Positions 26,044-32,000 of a DNA stretch of 32,000 bases are shown piece by piece. Under the pieces are notes generated by a model, which saw nothing but the letters and a program-made list of their open reading frames with translations, was not told the origin of the DNA and ran no database searches. The stretch is taken from positions 3,540,001 through 3,572,000 of the forward strand of contig NZ_CP042905.2 of NCBI RefSeq assembly GCF_008000775.2, in the 5' to 3' direction. The stretch's first letter is position 1. Each line of letters starts with the position of its first letter. A program made the translations under genes and the position numbers. This DNA comes from Promethearchaeum syntrophicum. GTDB lineage: Archaea; Asgardarchaeota; Lokiarchaeia; Sigyniarchaeales; Promethearchaeaceae.

Positions 26044-28722
26044 TTAGACATTTTTTTTATCTAAGATAGCAGCATGTGCAGCAGCCACTCTAGCAACAGG
26101 AACTCTAAATGGTGAGCAACTAACATAATCTAATCCCACATCATGTAAAAATTGAATTGAATGTGGATCACCACCGACCTCTCCACAAATACCTACATGA
26201 ATACCCGGTCTGGCTTTACGTCCATCAACTACAGTTATTTCAATTAACTTTCCTACTCCCTCAATATCAATGTGTTCAAAAGGATTGTCTTTCATGATAG
26301 GTGGATAAATTTCATCAATGTATTTTGTCAAAAACTTAGCTTCAACATCATCTCTTGAAAATCCAAAAGTCATCTGAGTAAGATCATTAGTGCCGAAGGA
26401 GAAGAATTCTGCTTCTTTTGCAATTTCACCAGCTGTTAATGCAGCTCTTGGAATTTCTATCATAGTTCCCCATTGGATAGGATTTTTTGGAACTAAATCT
26501 GCATTTTCTAACATCTCTTCAGCCATCGGTTTTAAGAGTTCTTTTAAACGAATAAATTCATTTACATGAGAAACTAAAGGCAACATAATTTCTAAATGAA
26601 CATCGACTCCCGCTTTCTGAGATTCAATTAATGCTTCAATTAAAGCTTTGACTTGCATTTTGTAAATCTCTGGATGTGTATTTCCCAATCGGACTCCCCG
26701 ATGTCCCAACATAGCATTTTCTTCTTTTAATTCTTCATATTTTTTAAGCATGAATTCTAGTTCTTTGAAACGTTTACCTTTATCACCCTTAACTCTTAAT
26801 TCGGTAAATTCAACTACCATGGATTTATAATCAGGTAAAAATTCGTGTAAAGGTGGGTCCAATAATCGAACGGTGACGGGTTTTCCATCCATAACCTTAA
26901 AAATATCAATGAAGTCTTGTCGTTGAAGAGGTAATAGTTTATCTAACGCTTTTTCACGTTTATCTAAGTTTTCGGCAACAATCATATCAACAACTTTCGG
27001 CAATCGATCTTTTGCATTGAACATTCGTTCAGTTCTGCATAAGCCTATTCCCTCAGCTCCGTTTTTAAGTGCGTCTAAGGCCATTTGGGGAGTATCTGCA
27101 TTTGTTCTCACACCGAGTTTTCGATATTTATCACACATTACTAAATATCTGCTAAACTCTCCAGTAATCTCAGGATCAACAACTTCAACTTCACCAATAT
27201 AAACATTTCCAGTTATTCCATCAATCGAAATGAGATCGCCTTCCTTGAATTTTACTTCACCGCCAACAGAAGCAGTCCTTTTTTCTTCATCAATTTCAAG
27301 TTCACCAGCACCTACAATAGCAGGTAATCCAATTCCACGCGCAACAACAGCAGCATGACATGTTTTCCCTCCACGAGATGTTAAAATCCCAATTGAAGCG
27401 ATCATTCCAGGAAAATCTTCAGGTTTTGTTTCTTTTCTCACAAGAATTATCCTCTGGTTTGCTCTTTTTTCTTCAATAGCTCGTCCACAATCAAAAATTG
27501 CTCTTCCAGTTACAGCACCAGGTGAAGCGTTGAAACCCCGAACAATCGGTAATTTCTTTTCATTTGGAGAGATTCTTTTATGTAATAATTCTTCAATTTT
27601 CTCGGGGGCTACTCGTAAAACTGCAGTTTCTTCATCAATGATTTTATCATCGAGCATGTCAATAGCAATCTTAACTGCTGCACCTGCGGTTCTTTTTCCG
27701 GTACGAGTTTGAAGGAAAAATAATTTACCATCTTCTACTGTGATTTCACAGTCTTGCATATCTTTGTAATGGTTTTCCAATAAATTGGCTAATTCAAAGA
27801 TTTGTTTAACAATATCAGGTTGCTCTTCTTTAAGCTCTTCCATGCTTATTGGAGTTCGAACTCCAGCAACTACATCTTCACCTTGAGCATTGATCAAGTA
27901 TTCACCCATTACTTTATGCTCTCCGTCCATTGGAGAACGTGTAAATAATACCCCTGTTCCAGATTTATCATTTAAGTTTCCAAAAACCATTCGCATTACA
28001 TTTACAGCTGTTCCATAATTCGGAATTTTGTTCATCTTTCGATAAGCTACTGCGCGTTCACTATTCCATGAATTAAAAACTGCATTAATAGAAGCGTATA
28101 ATTGTTCCCATGGATCTTCTGGAAAATCTTTATCGAGTAATTCATGAAATTTCTTTAGGTAAAGTTCCCCCAAATCTTTCATTTCATCTGCATTTAATTC
28201 AATATCTAATTTTTTACCTCGAGATTCTTTAAATTCATCCATTATTTCATCATAAGGTTCACGACCGGTTTCCTTAACAATATCAGAAAAGGACATGATA
28301 AACCTTCTCCAGGAATCCCAGGCAAATCGTGCGTTTTTTTCTGCCATTTTCTCTGCAATTGCTTTAGACATACCCAAATTAAGGACAGTATCCATCATTC
28401 CAGGCATTGAAATAGGAGCCCCACTTCGAATAGATAATAATAGAGGCTTTTCAATATCTCCAAAAATATAACCACTTTTCTTTTCCAATTTAGCGATACT
28501 TTCATTAATTTGATCTTTCAAGTGATCCGGCCATTTATTAGTTTCAGCATATGAAAGGGAATATTTACAAGGTATTGTGAAACCGTAAGGAATGGGCAGA
28601 CCTAAGAGAGTCATGTTAGCTAATCCAGCACCTTTTCCACCAAAATGGATTTTTAGATCTTCAGTCGAACTAAATTTGCTCGGATCGACTTCATCGAACA
28701 TATATACAATTTTTTCAGCCAT
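26044..28722 (-). CDS. ppdK: Pyruvate, phosphate dikinase
   Basis: 892 aa. N-terminal ATP-grasp region (FGGKGAGLANM), phosphohistidine swivel motif GGKTCHAAVVARGIGLPAIVG, and a PEP-utilising C-terminal TIM barrel (FFSFGTNDLTQMTFG, ICGEVGGDP). Confidence 0.95.
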   Translation of the reverse strand: MAEKIVYMFDEVDPSKFSSTEDLKIHFGGKGAGLANMTLLGLPIPYGFTIPCKYSLSYAETNKWPDHLKDQINESIAKLEKKSGYIFGDIEKPLLLSIRSGAPISMPGMMDTVLNLGMSKAIAEKMAEKNARFAWDSWRRFIMSFSDIVKETGREPYDEIMDEFKESRGKKLDIELNADEMKDLGELYLKKFHELLDKDFPEDPWEQLYASINAVFNSWNSERAVAYRKMNKIPNYGTAVNVMRMVFGNLNDKSGTGVLFTRSPMDGEHKVMGEYLINAQGEDVVAGVRTPISMEELKEEQPDIVKQIFELANLLENHYKDMQDCEITVEDGKLFFLQTRTGKRTAGAAVKIAIDMLDDKIIDEETAVLRVAPEKIEELLHKRISPNEKKLPIVRGFNASPGAVTGRAIFDCGRAIEEKRANQRIILVRKETKPEDFPGMIASIGILTSRGGKTCHAAVVARGIGLPAIVGAGELEIDEEKRTASVGGEVKFKEGDLISIDGITGNVYIGEVEVVDPEITGEFSRYLVMCDKYRKLGVRTNADTPQMALDALKNGAEGIGLCRTERMFNAKDRLPKVVDMIVAENLDKREKALDKLLPLQRQDFIDIFKVMDGKPVTVRLLDPPLHEFLPDYKSMVVEFTELRVKGDKGKRFKELEFMLKKYEELKEENAMLGHRGVRLGNTHPEIYKMQVKALIEALIESQKAGVDVHLEIMLPLVSHVNEFIRLKELLKPMAEEMLENADLVPKNPIQWGTMIEIPRAALTAGEIAKEAEFFSFGTNDLTQMTFGFSRDDVEAKFLTKYIDEIYPPIMKDNPFEHIDIEGVGKLIEITVVDGRKARPGIHVGICGEVGGDPHSIQFLHDVGLDYVSCSPFRVPVARVAAAHAAILDKKNV

Positions 28723-28885
28723 TTACATCAACTTTTTTCATAATTACTTTTTATATTTTACTTATGTCACTCAAAAATGAAAGAAAAGATTAAAGATTTT
28801 TCTCCAAACTGCTTTCATTCCATATATTTTTTTGGATTTTAGATTTAACCATGAATTTTGAATCATTGAATCTATTTTTTCGTTT

Positions 28886-28893
28886 TTTATAAA
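28886..28893 (+). promoter_or_regulatory. TATA-box-like element TTTATAAA upstream of the small GTPase gene
   Basis: It lies only 6 nt before the ATG at 28899 and about 21 nt before the ATG at 28914. This suggests a leaderless or near-leaderless transcript starting at the second ATG. Confidence 0.35.
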
Positions 28894-28898
28894 CGTAC

Positions 28899-29486
28899 AT
28901 GAATGAAATATCTATGCTTCCAAGAAAAATTTGCAAAATTACAATAGCTGGTGATGGAGGATCGGGCAAATCAACAATGATTGCGACAAAAAATATTGAA
29001 AATTTCAATATAACCTCTGGAATTACCATTGGAATAGATTTCGCCTGCTTCCCAATGAAAATCGAAAATCAATCATTTACTTTTTTAGTTTTTGATTTAG
29101 GAGGGCAAAAAAGATTTCAATTTATGCATGATTCATATATAATCGGGTCAAAAGGAGCAATTATTCTTTATGATCTATCCAGACCTTCCACATTTAAGAG
29201 CATTCCAAAATGGATTTCATTAATGGAAAGCGAAGATCCTTCCATGCCGATTATCATAGCGGGATCCAAAAAAGATTTAATTCAACCTGAAGATATGAGG
29301 TATTTCCTAAACGAATGGGAGAACATGAAAAAGAAATTTCCTAGTTTTGAGAGAATTATTGACCATGTGTTTATATCTTCAAAAGATTATCATAGTGTTG
29401 AAGATCTGTTTACCCATTTAGGGCGCGCAATAATTCCAGATTCAGGAAGAATAGCCTTACCTACGATTTCGGTTAGTGAAAATTAA
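28899..29486 (+). CDS. Ras-superfamily small GTPase, Rab-like
   Basis: G1 GDGGSGKST, switch I ITIGIDF (Rab-type T-I-G-x-D-F), G3 DLGGQKRF, G4 GSKKD (NKxD variant), G5 SSK. No C-terminal Cys prenylation motif. An alternative start ATG at 28914 (MLPRK...) fits the TATA position better. Confidence 0.85.
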   Translation: MNEISMLPRKICKITIAGDGGSGKSTMIATKNIENFNITSGITIGIDFACFPMKIENQSFTFLVFDLGGQKRFQFMHDSYIIGSKGAIILYDLSRPSTFKSIPKWISLMESEDPSMPIIIAGSKKDLIQPEDMRYFLNEWENMKKKFPSFERIIDHVFISSKDYHSVEDLFTHLGRAIIPDSGRIALPTISVSEN

Positions 29487-30289
29487 TGAATATAATCAAA
29501 GAGGTTTCTTTGTTTATTAAATTCTTTATAGGGTAATCCGATTTTTTTCTTAAATTCATTAACATCTTGGGGTGAGAATCCTCTGAAATGATTATTGAAA
29601 ATAACAAAAATATCTGTTATTTCAGGTGATTTGCGATAATTCTTTACTAAAAGAACTGTATCTTCAAAAACTTCTAATTCATTTCTTTGAATTTTGTTAA
29701 AAACGGTCAATTTTCTATCCCCAATCATGCGCAAATATTGTATTTTTTGGTTTTCTGGATAAAAAACCTCATGTCCAAATCGATGCGATAATACCATAAA
29801 AACATTTGATAAATCAGTATAGTTATTAATAATGTCTTGCTTATACCATGAAGTATTACGTAATTCAACCGCATAATTATAATCTTGTGGCAAGGATTCT
29901 AGTAAATTTCTAAGGTTTTTATTAGAGGACGGAGTATATTTAAAATTTGGAGGAAATTGAAGTAAAAATATCGAAATTTTATGCTTGATATTATTAAAAC
30001 GCGAAAAAAATGAAGATATCTTTTGATTTATGTTAAAAAAACGCTTCTTATGTGTAAATTCTTGCCAAATCTTAATAGAGAATCGAAAATTATCAGGGGT
30101 TTTTTTCTCCCATGAAATAATTGTGTTCTCTGATGGAATATTATAGAAAGTGGAATTTACTTCTGCAAAATCGAAAATTTTTGAATAATATGAAAGATAT
30201 TCAGAAGGTTGCATGGTTTTTGGATAAAAAACTCCTTTCCAATCTTTATATGACCAACCTGCACATCCAACAAAAACATTAGATTCCAT
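29483..30289 (-). CDS. DUF72 (YecE-like) family protein
   Basis: Family-typical N-terminus VGCAGWSYKDWKGVFYP, then SEYLSYYSKIFDFAEVNSTFY. Length 268 aa. The start overlaps the upstream stop by 1 nt (TAATG). Confidence 0.85.
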   Translation of the reverse strand: MESNVFVGCAGWSYKDWKGVFYPKTMQPSEYLSYYSKIFDFAEVNSTFYNIPSENTIISWEKKTPDNFRFSIKIWQEFTHKKRFFNINQKISSFFSRFNNIKHKISIFLLQFPPNFKYTPSSNKNLRNLLESLPQDYNYAVELRNTSWYKQDIINNYTDLSNVFMVLSHRFGHEVFYPENQKIQYLRMIGDRKLTVFNKIQRNELEVFEDTVLLVKNYRKSPEITDIFVIFNNHFRGFSPQDVNEFKKKIGLPYKEFNKQRNLFDYIH

Positions 30290-32000
30290 TATAACCCCCT
30301 TTTAGGATAATAGTTTGAATAATAGCGCTTGTAAACGACTTTTGAGCCTTTTTTATTAGGTAATTCGTAATTATTTGAAAAACTTATTCGAGATATACTG
30401 GTTTTAATAATATTTTGACAAAACTCAAGAATTTTATCATAATCTCCATCGAAAGTATTTCCCTCAAGTGGAATATTTAGAGATAATTCCTTAAATTTAC
30501 TCTTTCCTAGATCAGAATAAATTTGAGATAGATGATGAAAATTTAAAAATTTTGAAGATGAATTGAAGCCAAATCGATATCCGGGATGAGTTGATGGTTG
30601 AAAATCAATACCTTGATCATCTAACATTTCAAGAAAGAGATCATTTTTTCTAAGAAGTTCGCTTTGAAGATGAGATTCACACAATACAAATTTAATATTT
30701 TCTGAAAGGACAGAATTCTGTTTTTGTATTAATGAAAAAATGTAATCTAGTACTTTAACTGCAAATTCACGATTTTTAGGTTGATCTTTTACAAATAATC
30801 CGGTTTGCAAAAAGATGAGTTCATCTAGTCCAAATAATGATATTCCACAAATTAGAGGATAAACTGAATGATAATTTTGAGTATCTTTCCAATTTTGGAA
30901 GATTAGATCATTATTAAATAACAATTCAGATAAATTTTGCCATCCTGGAAACTTTAGGAGAGTTTTAGATAATAATTTAAATTTATTATCGAAATAATCG
31001 AAAATTGAAAAAATTCCTTTTTCTAAGTTAGAAAAGAACAAAGTTTCATTGTTCGATGATTCATTGAATACGCTTAATAGATTAATTGAGATTTTTTCTA
31101 TGATAAGTGAAGGTTTTATTTCATTTAATAATTCAAAATGAAGAGGAATTCCTAAATTTGTAAATATATGTTCACCATTTTTAACACCCCACTTGGAAAA
31201 TTGATTAATATTTACTTGATGTTTTAATAATAGTGATAAGATGTTTTTATGTTGAGAATTAAGTTTGGAGTAATGAGGACAATTTAAAATTTCTTTTATT
31301 TTGTTTTTAGGAAAATTTACTTCTAAAACCGGTAATTGAGACCAATTTTTGATTGTATATGATAAACTCTTATTATAAATTTCCAGTAAAGGATTAATAT
31401 CATTAAAATTAGCTATCAATGAAATTCCAAGTTTTATCTTCCAATTTTTAGTTAATTTTACGAATACTTTTGAAAATAAATGCTTTAGGTCTAGTTCTGT
31501 ATAATAAATAAGAAATTTTTCTAGAAATTCATCAAATCTGATAATAGTTAACCCTTGAGGGAAAAAATGTGAGAATAATGACAAAGATTGTTCAAAATAA
31601 TAACTAAATTCAATATATGGAAGAGAAAATGGTTCTTCTTTGGTATTTTGTTCTTCTAATGAATTATTATAAAAATTATTCAAGATTTCTATGAAATTTC
31701 GACCAGAAATTACTAATTCAAGCGGAGAAATTCCAAAATTCTTAAGATCCGTTAATAAAAATTGACCCGTAAGTAAATTATCTGCGAATTTCTGATTGAT
31801 TTTGTTTAGAAGTGTATTTTGCTCCAAGATTGCATTTCCTAATTTCGTTTCAAAAATCGTTGGATTCTCATATTCTTGAGAATTTATCAATTGTTTAATA
31901 TCATAAGGAGGTAACCCTAAACGTGTTAATTTATGACGAGTATCTTCAAGATGGAATTCAATTAAAATCGCATTTACGAATTCACGAATCAAAGGTGCTG
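30289..32000 (-). CDS. Large hypothetical protein, 5' end probably outside the window; the C-terminal third loosely resembles anaerobic (class III) ribonucleotide reductase
   Basis: The frame stays open to the window edge; the tracked start at 31992 is a TTG. Resemblances are weak: CGISLFGLDELIFLQTG, KFVLCESHLQSELLRKND, GYRFGFNSS, LSLNIPLEG, ISRISFSNN. No Cys-rich zinc ribbon and no glycyl-radical motif at the C-terminus. Confidence 0.5.
   Translation of the reverse strand, partial: APLIREFVNAILIEFHLEDTRHKLTRLGLPPYDIKQLINSQEYENPTIFETKLGNAILEQNTLLNKINQKFADNLLTGQFLLTDLKNFGISPLELVISGRNFIEILNNFYNNSLEEQNTKEEPFSLPYIEFSYYFEQSLSLFSHFFPQGLTIIRFDEFLEKFLIYYTELDLKHLFSKVFVKLTKNWKIKLGISLIANFNDINPLLEIYNKSLSYTIKNWSQLPVLEVNFPKNKIKEILNCPHYSKLNSQHKNILSLLLKHQVNINQFSKWGVKNGEHIFTNLGIPLHFELLNEIKPSLIIEKISINLLSVFNESSNNETLFFSNLEKGIFSIFDYFDNKFKLLSKTLLKFPGWQNLSELLFNNDLIFQNWKDTQNYHSVYPLICGISLFGLDELIFLQTGLFVKDQPKNREFAVKVLDYIFSLIQKQNSVLSENIKFVLCESHLQSELLRKNDLFLEMLDDQGIDFQPSTHPGYRFGFNSSSKFLNFHHLSQIYSDLGKSKFKELSLNIPLEGNTFDGDYDKILEFCQNIIKTSISRISFSNNYELPNKKGSKVVYKRYYSNYYPKRGL

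Noticed and set aside
76-29029. Many 60-126-aa ORFs in the track lie antisense to, or nested inside, longer genes: 76-300, 101-454, 2326-2562, 4253-4435, 5457-5837, 6711-6971, 7532-7849, 7982-8335, 10409-10600, 11860-12114, 12814-13041, 14102-14425, 14152-14409, 14418-14630, 20108-20299, 21296-21520, 21444-21638, 21748-21999, 23335-23538, 24737-25033, 25344-25715, 27017-27202, 27530-27712, 28592-28780 and 28790-29029.
   Set aside because: Each is fully or largely overlapped by a longer ORF with recognisable domain motifs or a coherent TM architecture. Their translations are low-complexity (for example, the Ser/Thr-rich mirror of the RGG tract at 7532-7849) and carry no motifs. They are shadow ORFs typical of AT-rich DNA.
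1-32000. Search by eye for CRISPR arrays, tRNA/rRNA genes, IS elements, integrases, toxin-antitoxin pairs and known defence genes.
   Set aside because: There are no direct-repeat/spacer periodicity and no GC-rich cloverleaf-sized islands in the spacers. The only GC islands are the 14-bp boxes at 16640 and 16692. There are no transposase, integrase, nuclease or helicase-like ORFs, and no terminal inverted repeats. The window looks like core chromosome rather than a mobile or defence island.

Overview
AT-rich (roughly one-third GC by eye), gene-dense segment with about 28 protein-coding genes, short spacers and several 0-4 nt stop/start junctions. I found no rRNA, tRNA, CRISPR array, transposase or integrase. 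All function calls rest on motif recognition in the supplied translations; I ran no searches.

The segment reads as archaeal. It has a long-form archaeal TyrRS and TATA-like boxes close to start codons. A Rab/Ras-like small GTPase and a possible longin-like protein suggest an Asgard (Loki-like) host, but that is inference only.

Recognisable genes:
- Metabolism and housekeeping: partial acyl-CoA/AMP ligase, M20 peptidase, pyruvate phosphate dikinase, TyrRS, histidine phosphatase.
- Transport: MFS transporter, ABC ATPase with ABC-2 permease.
- Other known families: zinc-ribbon/DUF5655-like protein, DUF5320 RGG-rich protein, LarA-family racemase, LVIVD beta-propeller, membrane-anchored purple-acid-phosphatase-like esterase, DUF72.

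Candidates for an undescribed system:
1. A translationally coupled CotH kinase - VTC polyphosphate-polymerase tunnel - DUF4956 membrane protein operon (10.4-14.6 kb). It shares a spacer containing an 11-bp perfect inverted repeat with a divergent wHTH + membrane-protein pair.
2. An unannotatable envelope cluster (17.4-23.0 kb). A 527-aa anchored ectoprotein is fused stop-to-start with an internally duplicated 504-aa polytopic protein, divergent from the anchored phosphoesterase.
3. A PadR-like regulator with a His/Arg/Met-rich head, flanked by two GC-rich GTCC-N5-GGAC boxes around its TATA box.
4. A large protein of unknown function whose tail loosely resembles class III ribonucleotide reductase but lacks the radical and zinc motifs. 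It is coupled by a 1-nt overlap to DUF72 and sits next to the small GTPase.
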